Of a stretch of 64,000 bases of DNA, positions 1-9,006 are shown one piece after another (positions within the stretch are counted from its first letter, which is position 1; each line of letters starts with the position of its first letter). The position numbers and the translations under genes are program-made. The stretch is from contig JBBRAE010000013.1 of NCBI GenBank assembly GCA_038207085.1, forward strand, positions 8,444 to 72,443, given 5' to 3'. A model generated the notes under the pieces. That model worked only from the letters and a program-made list of their open reading frames with translations, searched no databases and had not been told where the DNA came from. Source of the DNA: Armatimonadota bacterium (GTDB lineage: Bacteria > Armatimonadota > UBA5829 > DTLH01).

Positions 1-1
1 G

Positions 2-1786
2 ATCTGCCACATGGGCCCGTGCCGAATCACGCCGAAGTCACCCAAAGGCATCTGCGGAGCCGACGCGGACACGATCGCCGCGCGCAACCTGCTTCGTGAG
101 ATCGCCGCGGGAACAGCCGCGCACTCAGACCACGGGCGCATGCTTGTCAGAACGCTGAAGCTGGTTTCTGAGGACAAAGGCGGCGACTACAAGATCACCG
201 ACCCCGGCAGGCTGCACAACGCGGCACAGTTCTTCGAGATCGAGACCGAAGGCAAGACTGATCTGCAAATCGCGGGTGAGCTCGCTGACTTCTTCATGGG
301 ACAGTTCGCCTGGAGCGACAAACCGAACAAAACCCTGAAGCGCGCTCCTGAGAAGCGGCAGGCGGTTTGGAAGAAGCTTGAAATCGAGCCCCACGGCATC
401 GATTCGGCGGTCGTCGAACTGATGCACCGAACGCACATGGGCGTCGACCACGACTACAGGCACCTCATTATGGGCGGCCTGAAGTGCAGCATCGCTGACG
501 GCTGGGTCGGTTCGATTATCGCGACTACAGTTTCTGACATTCTCTTCGGAACCCCGAAACCGCTTAGGAGCAAAGTGAACCTCGGCGTGCTTTCTGAGAC
601 CAAGGTCAACATCATCGTCCACGGCCACGAGCCGACTCTCTCTGAGATGCTCGCCTGGGCGTCAAAAGACAAGGAACTCCTGGACTACGCAAAGAGCAAG
701 GGCGCGGACGGCATCAACATCGCCGGTATCTGCTGCACCGCAAACGAAATCCTGATGCGCCACGGTCTGCCGATCGCCGGAAACTTCCTCCAGCAGGAGC
801 TTGCGATTCTGACCGGCGCGGTCGAGATGATGATCGTCGACGTTCAGTGCGTTATGCCGAGCCTTCCTGAAATTATGAAGTGCTTCCACACCAGGCTCGT
901 CAGCACGTCGGAGATCGCCCAGACTTTCAACGCCGAACAGATCACGTTTGAGGTCGAGAAGGGCTTCGAGCACGCGAAGTCCCTCATTCGTGGGGCGATC
1001 GACAACTTCGCCAACCGCAACAAGGCCAAAGTTACAATCCCTGACCACTCGATGGACCTGGTAGCCGGGTTCTCCAACGAGACGGTCTTCCATATGCTCG
1101 GTGGACGATTCCGGAGCACATTCAGACCGCTGAACGATGCGATCATCGACGGCCGAATCAGAGGCGTCGTCGGGATCGTCGGCTGCAGCAACCCCAAGGT
1201 GAACACCGACGACCTGCACGTCACGCTGACGTCTGAGCTTATCAAGCGAAACGTGCTGGTGCTTCAGACCGGATGCTCCGCGATCGCCTGCGCGAAAGCT
1301 GGGTTCCTCACCCCTGAAGCCGCACGCGAACTTGCCGGTGAGACGCTTGCCGAGGTCTGCGAAGCAGTCGGTATTCCGCCTGTGCTGCATATGGGAAGCT
1401 GTGTTGATAACAGCCGAATCCTGCTTGCCGCGACAAATGTTTTGATGGAAGGTGGGCTCGGCGAGGATCTATCCGATCTGCCTGTAGCTGGAGCCGCACC
1501 GGAGTGGATGAGCGAGAAGGCGGTCGCGATCGGCCACTATTTCGTCGCTAGCGGACTCTACGTTGTCCTCGGACAGCCGCTCTATGTGGGGGGCAGCGAG
1601 AACGTTACCAAGCTGCTCACAGAGGAGATGGAAGGCCTCACCGGCGGCAAGTTCGCCTGGGAGCCCGATCCCGTCAAGGCGGCGGACATGATAATGGAGC
1701 ACATTGAAAAGAAACGCGACGCGCTCGGCATCAACCAGAAACGGGAGCGTAAGCTGCTTGATATGAAGGAGCGCAGAGAGCTGTAA
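2..1786 (+). CDS. cooS: Anaerobic Ni-CO dehydrogenase catalytic subunit (5'-partial)
   Basis: Frame open to the window edge (ICHMGPCRI); C-cluster ligand motifs HGHEP, ICCT, DVQC, GCSN, TGCS, GSCVD and SEKA; stop overlaps the next ATG (TAATG). Confidence 0.97.
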   Translation: MCHMGPCRITPKSPKGICGADADTIAARNLLREIAAGTAAHSDHGRMLVRTLKLVSEDKGGDYKITDPGRLHNAAQFFEIETEGKTDLQIAGELADFFMGQFAWSDKPNKTLKRAPEKRQAVWKKLEIEPHGIDSAVVELMHRTHMGVDHDYRHLIMGGLKCSIADGWVGSIIATTVSDILFGTPKPLRSKVNLGVLSETKVNIIVHGHEPTLSEMLAWASKDKELLDYAKSKGADGINIAGICCTANEILMRHGLPIAGNFLQQELAILTGAVEMMIVDVQCVMPSLPEIMKCFHTRLVSTSEIAQTFNAEQITFEVEKGFEHAKSLIRGAIDNFANRNKAKVTIPDHSMDLVAGFSNETVFHMLGGRFRSTFRPLNDAIIDGRIRGVVGIVGCSNPKVNTDDLHVTLTSELIKRNVLVLQTGCSAIACAKAGFLTPEAARELAGETLAEVCEAVGIPPVLHMGSCVDNSRILLAATNVLMEGGLGEDLSDLPVAGAAPEWMSEKAVAIGHYFVASGLYVVLGQPLYVGGSENVTKLLTEEMEGLTGGKFAWEPDPVKAADMIMEHIEKKRDALGINQKRERKLLDMKERREL

Positions 1787-4700
1787 TGAGTAAGATCATC
1801 GCCTCAAGCGCCATAATCGGCGCGCATAAGATATACAAACAAGCCGAGGAGATTGTCGCAAAGACGATAGCCGAGAAAGGCGCGGATAGCCCGGTAGCGT
1901 TCCCTGACACTACCTACTATCTGCCCGTGATCTACTCGATGCTCGGCACCAGGGTGGAAAAGCTCTCGGACATGCAGTCTGTTCTGGACGAGTGCAAGAG
2001 CCTTTTACCTCCGATCCCGTCCGACGACGTTTGGCTCCCCTATCTTGGTGGAACGCTCGACGCCGGTATGTCGACGCTTTTCGCGTTCGAGCTGATCGAG
2101 GCGTGCAAGTATCTGATAGGCCCGAACCCCGTTGATGGAATCTGGCTCGGGGCTGCGAGTGACGTTATCATCCGCGAGCGTGGAATCGAGTTCGTCGACG
2201 GCTCAGCTCCTGGTTTCGCCGCAGTTGTCGGCGCGGCTCCGGACAAAGAGACCGCCGTCAAGATCGCCCGCGAGCTTCAGGAGAAGAACCTCTACGTCTT
2301 CATAGCCGGTAACACCAACGGCGTATCGTTTGCCGAGCAGCTTGTGGAAGCCGGTGTCCAGATAGGCTGGGACACCAGGCTTGTTCCCTTCGGCAAAGAC
2401 ATATCCGCTGCGATCTATGCGCTCGGGTTTGCGAACCGCGCGGCGCTTTCTTTTGGAGGCGTTCAGCCCGGTGACTACGCTCGAAATCTGAAATACAACA
2501 AAGACCGAATCTTTGCGTTCGTAATGGCGCTTGGCGAGGTCGACGCAGAGAAGTATGCGGCAGCCGCCGGAGCGATCTCCTACGGCTTCCCAACGATCGC
2601 CGACACCGACATCCCGGAGATTCTGCCGACCGGTATCTGCACCTACGAGCACGTAGTCTCAAACGTTCCGCTTGACCGAATCGTCGAGAAATCGCTTGAA
2701 GTGCGCGGCTGCAAGATCAAGATCGCCAAAGTCCCGATCCCCGTAGCTTACGGCGCTGCCTTTGAGGGTGAGAGAATCCGCAAAGAGCAGACCTACGTCG
2801 AGTTCGGCGGAAACAAGACTCACGCGTTTGAGTATGTCACAACCAAAGACCTAACCGAGGTCGAAGACGGCAAGATCACCGTCGTCGGCCCAGAGATTGA
2901 CGACGTTCCAGAGGGCACCGCGCTTCCGCTTGCGATTTGGGTGGAAGTTGCAGGCCGCAAGATGCAGTCGGACTTTGAGTCGATCCTGGAGCGCCAGATC
3001 CACCACCTCATAAACGGCGCGGAGGGCGTCTGGCATATGGGCCAGCGCGATATCGTCTGGACCCGAATCTCAAAAGCCGCCAAGGAGAAGGGCTTCAAGA
3101 TCGCCCACTATGGCGAGATTTTGCACGCCAAGCTCTTGAACGAATACCCCGCCATCGTCGACAAGGTTCAGGTGACGCTCTTCACCGACCTGAAAGAAGT
3201 CGAGGAGCGAATCATTGAGGCCAGAAGAGTCTACCGCGAGAGGAACCTGCGCGTTGAGTCGATGACCGACGAGACCGTCGACACGTTTTACTCGTGCCTG
3301 CTCTGCCAGAGCTTCGCGCCGAACCACGTATGCGTCATTACACCCGAGCGACTCGGACTCTGCGGCGCTTACAACTGGCTCGACGGAAAGGCCGCCTACG
3401 AGATCGACCCCACAGGCCCAAACCAGCCGCTCACCAAGGGCGAGTGCATCGACCCCGTCCGCGGCCAGTGGAAAGACATTAACGATTACGTCTACGCAAA
3501 CTCCAAGCAGTCGATCACGTGCTTCAACGCCTATTCGATGCTTGAGGACCCGATGACGAGCTGTGGCTGCTTCGAGGCTATCGTCGCGCTCCTCCCTGAG
3601 TGCAACGGCGTCGCTATCGTCAACCGAGAGTATCCCGGTGACACACCGATGGGTATGCGGTTCTCCTCGCTTGCTGGTATGACCGGCGGCGGCCAGCAGA
3701 CTCCGGGATTCATCGGGATTGGCAAGGCGTATATCTCCAGTCGCAAGTTCATCTCCGCTGAAGGCGGACACAAACGAATCGTCTGGATGCCTGCTGAGCT
3801 TAAGGCAAGCCTGAAGGAAGATCTCGCGCACATCGGCGAGCAGCTTGGAATCGAAAACTATGCCGACCTTATCGCGGACGAAAACGTCGGGACAGATTCC
3901 GCGGCGATCAGCGCACATATGGAAAAGGTTGGCCACCCCGCGCTTTCGATGTGGGACGTGACCCAGCCGTCGCCTGAAGCCACCGAGGTCGACGTGAACC
4001 GTGGCAAAACCGCTGAAGCTCCTGCAGCACCTGTAGCCGCTGCGACCGCGTCTGCTCCGGCTCCGGCAAAAGAGACAGCACCAGTCGCAGTCGCCGAAAG
4101 GCCTGCGCCCGAGCATGCCAAGATTCCCGCAAACTCGACACCAGTTCACGCAGCACCTTCAAACGGCGGGAACGGTGGAAACGGTGACGGACTCTCTCAT
4201 GTGATTTCCGTCATCGAACAAGTGCGTGCCAACGGGCTTCCCACGGCAAACCCGGCATCGACTCCCGAGGAGCAGATGGCCGCCCTTCAGATGTCGACCG
4301 CTCTAAACTTGCTCACTGCAGGCGCGAATATGCTCCTGATGTATAGCGGTGCGCTCGGCGTTACGCCCGTAGCGGCGAAAGCTGTTCCATTGCCAGTCGA
4401 GACTTCTGTCGAACCAACCCCGGTTGTCGAGACCCAGAAGATATCGGAAGTGCTCGAAGCACCGCAGAAGCCGATCACATCGGCCAGCATCATCGTGCCG
4501 ACCAGCTTCGGTGTGCCTGGCGAGGCGTTCGCTGGCACAGTTCGTGAAGTGACGCTCGGTGGGTCTGGCACGCGGACGTCTTCGGTGACAATCGGCGGCG
4601 CAAACGCCCTGCCCTTCCGCCACTTCGAAGGAAACACCGGCCGCAAGCAGGTGATCGCTATGGAGGTCTTCGACAAAACGCCGAGGAACTATCCCAACTC

Positions 4701-5454
4701 CCTGCAAGAGGCATTTGGAAGTCTGATAAACGATCCCGCTGCGATGGCTAAATACTGCGTTGAGCAGTGCGGCGCTGAGATCATAAGCGTCCGACTTGAT
4801 GGAACTCATCCCGACAACGGCGATGCATCCATCGAGGCGGCCTCTGAGATCGTCGGAAAGGTGCTAAAAGCCGTCGGCGTGCCGATCATGGTCACCGGGC
4901 CCGGTCACTTCGAGAAGAACAACGCGGTTATGAAGCAGATCGCAAGCGACTTCGCGGGCGAGAACCTGCTGCTTAACTGGGCTGAAACCGACAACTACAA
5001 GACAGTCGCCGCCGCCGCGATGGGCTACAACCACTGCGTAGTCGCCCAGTCGCCAATCGACGTCAACATGGCGAAGCAGCTGAATATCCTGATGACCAAC
5101 ATGGGGCTTGCGCCTGAGAAGATCGTCATCGACGCCTATACCGGCGCAATCGGCTACGGTCTTGAATATACCTACTCCGTTATGGAGCGAATCAGGGCGT
5201 CGGCACTCACAAACGACGCGATGCTTGCGATGCCGATCATCGGCACACCGGGATTTGAAGTCGCACGCATCAAGGAGAGCAAAGCCCCCGAGAGTGCATT
5301 CCCGATCTGGGGAAGCGAGACCGAACGCGGGGCGTTGCTTGAGATATCGACCGCGATGAGCCTCCTAAACGCAGGCGCGGACGTTCTGGTGATGTATCAC
5401 CCCGTAGCCGCCCGCACAGTGAAGCGCAAAATCGCAGAGATGAACGAAAAATAG
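1786..5454 (+). CDS. acsB: Acetyl-CoA synthase (AcsB) fused via an Ala/Pro-rich linker to the corrinoid Fe-S protein small subunit (AcsD)
   Basis: A-cluster motifs CLLCQSFAPNHVC, GLCGAYNW and TSCGCFE in aa 1-~724; AcsD motifs VREVTLG, SPIDVNMAKQLN and GYGLEYTYSVMERIR in the last ~315 aa; no internal stop. Confidence 0.95.
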   Translation: MSKIIASSAIIGAHKIYKQAEEIVAKTIAEKGADSPVAFPDTTYYLPVIYSMLGTRVEKLSDMQSVLDECKSLLPPIPSDDVWLPYLGGTLDAGMSTLFAFELIEACKYLIGPNPVDGIWLGAASDVIIRERGIEFVDGSAPGFAAVVGAAPDKETAVKIARELQEKNLYVFIAGNTNGVSFAEQLVEAGVQIGWDTRLVPFGKDISAAIYALGFANRAALSFGGVQPGDYARNLKYNKDRIFAFVMALGEVDAEKYAAAAGAISYGFPTIADTDIPEILPTGICTYEHVVSNVPLDRIVEKSLEVRGCKIKIAKVPIPVAYGAAFEGERIRKEQTYVEFGGNKTHAFEYVTTKDLTEVEDGKITVVGPEIDDVPEGTALPLAIWVEVAGRKMQSDFESILERQIHHLINGAEGVWHMGQRDIVWTRISKAAKEKGFKIAHYGEILHAKLLNEYPAIVDKVQVTLFTDLKEVEERIIEARRVYRERNLRVESMTDETVDTFYSCLLCQSFAPNHVCVITPERLGLCGAYNWLDGKAAYEIDPTGPNQPLTKGECIDPVRGQWKDINDYVYANSKQSITCFNAYSMLEDPMTSCGCFEAIVALLPECNGVAIVNREYPGDTPMGMRFSSLAGMTGGGQQTPGFIGIGKAYISSRKFISAEGGHKRIVWMPAELKASLKEDLAHIGEQLGIENYADLIADENVGTDSAAISAHMEKVGHPALSMWDVTQPSPEATEVDVNRGKTAEAPAAPVAAATASAPAPAKETAPVAVAERPAPEHAKIPANSTPVHAAPSNGGNGGNGDGLSHVISVIEQVRANGLPTANPASTPEEQMAALQMSTALNLLTAGANMLLMYSGALGVTPVAAKAVPLPVETSVEPTPVVETQKISEVLEAPQKPITSASIIVPTSFGVPGEAFAGTVREVTLGGSGTRTSSVTIGGANALPFRHFEGNTGRKQVIAMEVFDKTPRNYPNSLQEAFGSLINDPAAMAKYCVEQCGAEIISVRLDGTHPDNGDASIEAASEIVGKVLKAVGVPIMVTGPGHFEKNNAVMKQIASDFAGENLLLNWAETDNYKTVAAAAMGYNHCVVAQSPIDVNMAKQLNILMTNMGLAPEKIVIDAYTGAIGYGLEYTYSVMERIRASALTNDAMLAMPIIGTPGFEVARIKESKAPESAFPIWGSETERGALLEISTAMSLLNAGADVLVMYHPVAARTVKRKIAEMNEK

Positions 5455-5456
5455 GG

Positions 5457-5544
5457 TAGCTATTAGTAGTTAGCTGTTAGCAACCAAACTCGCACCAGCA
5501 TGACAATCTGGTTGCTAACGGCTAATAGCTAGCTGCTAGCTGCT
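5457..5544. repeat. Intergenic inverted repeat built from 7-nt units (TTAGCTG-like)
   Basis: tagctattag-tagttag-ctgttagcaacca ... tggttgctaacggctaatagcta. Confidence 0.75.
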
Positions 5545-5558
5545 CCCAAGGAGTTGAA

Positions 5559-6899
5559 ATGGCACTTTCAGGCTTAGATATATTCAAACTGTTACCGAAA
5601 ACCAACTGCGGCGAGTGCGGCGTGCCTACATGCATGGCATTCGCGATGAAGCTTGCATCGAAGGGCGCGGAACTTGCTGCTTGTCCGTATGCGTCCGATG
5701 AGGCAAAATCCAAGCTCGGAGCCGCGAGCAAGCCGCCGATCAGGCTCGTCAAGGTCGGCACTGGCGACACAGAAGTTCAGGTCGGCAACGAAACCGTGAT
5801 GTTCAGGCACGAGAAGACGTTCGTCCACCCGACGGCTATCGCTATATCGTTCACCGACGACCAGGCCGGGGACGTGCTCGCCCATCAGACCGCTGTCGTT
5901 CGCGACTACTGCCTTGAGCGAGTCGGCGAGGAATTGAAGATCGACCTCGCGGTTGTCGACAATGTCACGGGCGAGGCGGAACCTTTCGTCGCCGCAGTCA
6001 AGGAAGTCGCGGGGACGACCGGCAAGGCGATCGTTCTGCAGAGCTCTTACCCCGAGGTGATCGAGGCGGCTCTTCAGGCCATTCCGGGGCAGCGACCGCT
6101 CATCCACGCAGCGACACCCGAAAACATCGACGCAATGGCCGCGCTTGCGCTCAAATACAACGCGCCCATCGTCGCCAGAGCCAACACGCTCGACGAACTT
6201 GCCGCGCTTACTACAAAGCTTGCGGCGCTTGGCGTTCAGGATATTGTGCTCGATATCCCGGCTGACAACCCGGCCGCTATGATGCAGTATAATACAATCA
6301 TCAGGAAAGCCGCTCTGAAGGGCAGCGTTGAGCCGATGGGCTACCCGGTGATGAACTTCCTTATGGGAATGGACCTGCCGTCGCTCGTCGCAGACGCATC
6401 GACGCTCATAAGCAAGTATTCATCGATCCTCGTTATCGACACGATAGCCCTCCAGGCACTGCTTCCGATGATGATGCTCAGACAGAACATCTACACCGAC
6501 CCGCAGAAACCAATTCAGGTTGAGCCGAAGATCTATCCCATCGGCGAGGCAACAGAGAACTCACCGATCCTTGTGACGACGAACTTCTCGCTCACGTATT
6601 TTATTGTGTCGGGTGAGATCGAGAACTCTGGCGTCCCGGCGCACCTCGCGATTGTCGAATGCGAAGGAATGAGCGTCCTTACGGCATGGGCTGCCGGCAA
6701 GTTCTCCGGTGAGAAGATCGGCGCATTCATCAAGCAGTCAGGCCTTGAAGACCAGGTTAAGACCAGAAAGTTGATCATACCTGGATACGTCGCACAGATC
6801 AGCGGCGAACTTGAGGAATCACTCCCAGGCTGGGAGATCCTCGTCGGCCCGCAGGAAGCAAGTGACCTCGGCGCGTATATGAAGATGCACGCGGCATAG
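5559..6899 (+). CDS. acsC: Corrinoid iron-sulfur protein large subunit
   Basis: N-terminal NCGECGVPTC..CPY [4Fe-4S] motif, FRHEKTF, TTNFSLTYF, SVLTAWAAGKF; RBS aaggag. Confidence 0.97.
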   Translation: MALSGLDIFKLLPKTNCGECGVPTCMAFAMKLASKGAELAACPYASDEAKSKLGAASKPPIRLVKVGTGDTEVQVGNETVMFRHEKTFVHPTAIAISFTDDQAGDVLAHQTAVVRDYCLERVGEELKIDLAVVDNVTGEAEPFVAAVKEVAGTTGKAIVLQSSYPEVIEAALQAIPGQRPLIHAATPENIDAMAALALKYNAPIVARANTLDELAALTTKLAALGVQDIVLDIPADNPAAMMQYNTIIRKAALKGSVEPMGYPVMNFLMGMDLPSLVADASTLISKYSSILVIDTIALQALLPMMMLRQNIYTDPQKPIQVEPKIYPIGEATENSPILVTTNFSLTYFIVSGEIENSGVPAHLAIVECEGMSVLTAWAAGKFSGEKIGAFIKQSGLEDQVKTRKLIIPGYVAQISGELEESLPGWEILVGPQEASDLGAYMKMHAA

Positions 6900-7012
6900 C
6901 CCGGTTTATTCGTGAAGCGAATAAAGTTTTCGCTAACCCGGTTTATTCGTGAAGCGAATAAAGCTCTTGCTAAGAGAGCATCATTCACGTTTCTCGTGAA
7001 TAATGCGGGCTA
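6897..7012 (+). repeat. Family-1 palindromic repeat: half copy (6897-6933) plus full 79-bp copy (6934-7012)
   Basis: TA(G/A)CCCG..TTTATTCG-TGAAG-CGAATAAAG...ATTCACG-N5-CGTGAATAATGCGGGCTA; recurs at 31129, 60285, 61873 and 63719. Confidence 0.92.
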
Positions 7013-7062
7013 ACAGATGTTGGCTTGTAGCTCATCGACCTGTGGTCGCAACTCATAAACTT

Positions 7063-8976
7063 ATGTATTCGATACAATTCTTACCTGCTGATATAGAGCT
7101 AAAGGTCCAACCCGGCACACTGGTCTCCGACGCCGCCATCATGGCCGGCCTCGAAGACCTGCACCTGCCGTGCGGTGGCAAAGGCACGTGTGGGCGCTGC
7201 CTTGTTGAAGTTGTATCCGGCAATCCTATACAGACCTCTACCGCGCGCTTGGACGTCGCGCTTGCTGGTAAGCGGCTCGTTATGGCCTGCCAGACCAAGG
7301 TGAACGAAGACCTTGTAATCAGGATCCCCGAGCAACGGGAGACTGCGATGAGAGTAGTCGGCGACAGCCATTTTCTCGTCGGGGAAGAGTATCTGCCCGA
7401 TCGCAGCGCGCTTTCGTCACTCTATCGAATAGAGAAGCTCACGGTACCTCCAGCTACAATCGAAGAACACTACAGCGACTGGCAAAGGCTTGTCCGAGAG
7501 ATCGGCGCAAGGATCGGGTCGAGCAACGTCACTACCGACGTATGGGTTCTGCGTTCGCTCGCCGATGCTCTTCGCGCCAAGGATGGGAAAGTCACCGTCG
7601 TTCTTCAGGAGGACGACTGCGGGTACCGCCTCTGGAACGTCAACGCAGGTCACAGCCCTGTCACCGTGTACGGGCTTGCAATAGACATAGGCACCACGAC
7701 TATCGCGGTGCAGCTAGTCGATCTGAGCACCGGCGAAGTCGCCGCAAGCCGAACACTTTATAACGCGCAAATAGGTCGCGGCGCGGACGTTATTAGTCGG
7801 ATCGATTATGCAAAGAACCCCGTTCGCCTGTTCGAGCTTCGCGAACTTGTTCTCGGCACAATCAACGAACTGATTGAAGGCGTCGCGGAGGAAGTCGGGC
7901 TCCCGCCTGTGGAGATTCGAGCTGCGTTCATCGCCGGGAATACGACGATGGTGCACCTGCTCCTCGCGCTCCCACCCAAGCATATTCGCGAGACACCCTA
8001 CGTTCCGACGGTGAACACCATCCCCACCCTTTTTGCGCCAGACGTTGGGCTTCGTATCCACTCCCAGGCCGCGATCGCCTTTGCGCCCGGAGTCGGAAGC
8101 TACGTTGGCGGCGACATCACTTCGGGGCTTCTCTGCACTGAGATCCCAAAAAACCACGACGAGGTCTTTTTGTTCCTCGACATCGGCACCAACGGCGAGA
8201 TTGTGCTTGGAAACGCCGACTGGATGGTAGCCTGCGCCTGCTCCGCTGGCCCAGCCTTTGAAGGCAGCGGAATCAAGTGCGGTATGCGCGCGACAACAGG
8301 GGCGATCGAGTATATCGAAATATCTGACGATAAACGCGAAGTTCGCTATGATGTGATCGGCGAAACCAAACCGGCGGGCATTTGCGGCTCCGGCCTCATC
8401 TGCCTGCTCGGCGAGTTGCTGGTAAGGGGCGTGATAGACCAGTCGGGACGCTTCAACATCAATCTCGACACCGACCGCATCATCACGCAGGGGTCGAACA
8501 AGGCGTTCGTCATTGAGTGGGCTGAAAACACCGAAAGCGGCGAGAACCTGGTCATCACAGAGCCAGATATGGAGAACCTGATGCGCACCAAGGCCGCAAT
8601 TTACGGCGCGTGCAGCCTCATTCTGACAAACGTGGGGATCGAATGGAACGCCATATCGCGAATCTACATCGCAGGCGGTTTTGGCAGATACATTCAGATA
8701 GAAGACGCCGTGCTAATCGGCCTTCTTCCCGATTTACCCTACGACAGGTTCACTTACATCGGCAACTCATCGCTTACCGGAGCTTATATCGCCCTGCTTT
8801 CTCGCGACCACAGGCAGTTGCTGAACGAGATCGCAGGCATGATGACCTATATCGATCTTAGCAGCGATTCGCACTACATGGACGCTTATATCAGCGCGCT
8901 TTTCCTGCCACACACTGATATGTCGCAGTTTCCATCGGTCGCAAAGCGCCTTACCGATTTGAAATCTACAACCTAA
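7063..8976 (+). CDS. acsV: Reductive activator of corrinoid proteins (2Fe-2S plus ASKHA ATPase, AcsV/RACo)
   Basis: CGGKGTCGRC..MACQ, DIGTTT, GNTTM, DIGTNGE, CSAGPAFEG, GICGSG, AGGFG; start moved to ATG 7063 because ATG 7003 lies inside the repeat. Confidence 0.93.
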   Translation: MYSIQFLPADIELKVQPGTLVSDAAIMAGLEDLHLPCGGKGTCGRCLVEVVSGNPIQTSTARLDVALAGKRLVMACQTKVNEDLVIRIPEQRETAMRVVGDSHFLVGEEYLPDRSALSSLYRIEKLTVPPATIEEHYSDWQRLVREIGARIGSSNVTTDVWVLRSLADALRAKDGKVTVVLQEDDCGYRLWNVNAGHSPVTVYGLAIDIGTTTIAVQLVDLSTGEVAASRTLYNAQIGRGADVISRIDYAKNPVRLFELRELVLGTINELIEGVAEEVGLPPVEIRAAFIAGNTTMVHLLLALPPKHIRETPYVPTVNTIPTLFAPDVGLRIHSQAAIAFAPGVGSYVGGDITSGLLCTEIPKNHDEVFLFLDIGTNGEIVLGNADWMVACACSAGPAFEGSGIKCGMRATTGAIEYIEISDDKREVRYDVIGETKPAGICGSGLICLLGELLVRGVIDQSGRFNINLDTDRIITQGSNKAFVIEWAENTESGENLVITEPDMENLMRTKAAIYGACSLILTNVGIEWNAISRIYIAGGFGRYIQIEDAVLIGLLPDLPYDRFTYIGNSSLTGAYIALLSRDHRQLLNEIAGMMTYIDLSSDSHYMDAYISALFLPHTDMSQFPSVAKRLTDLKSTT

Positions 8977-9006
8977 AATCTGAAATCATCACTGGAGGTC
9001 TTTCAT

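Noticed and set aside
3070..4149. 359-aa minus-strand ORF, and similar long antisense ORFs at 27218, 46027 and 59181
   Set aside because: Entirely or largely overlap well-supported genes on the opposite strand
6897..7012. Tandem repeat resembling a mini-CRISPR
   Set aside because: No unique spacer between copies, no cas genes, and the unit is a dispersed palindrome
7003..7062. Extended N-termini in the ORF track (acsV, proB, nuoH, secG, nadD, prs, dapB, rpsO, infB, nusA, parB)
   Set aside because: They run through repeats, promoters or neighbouring genes; downstream starts fit the RBS and family length better
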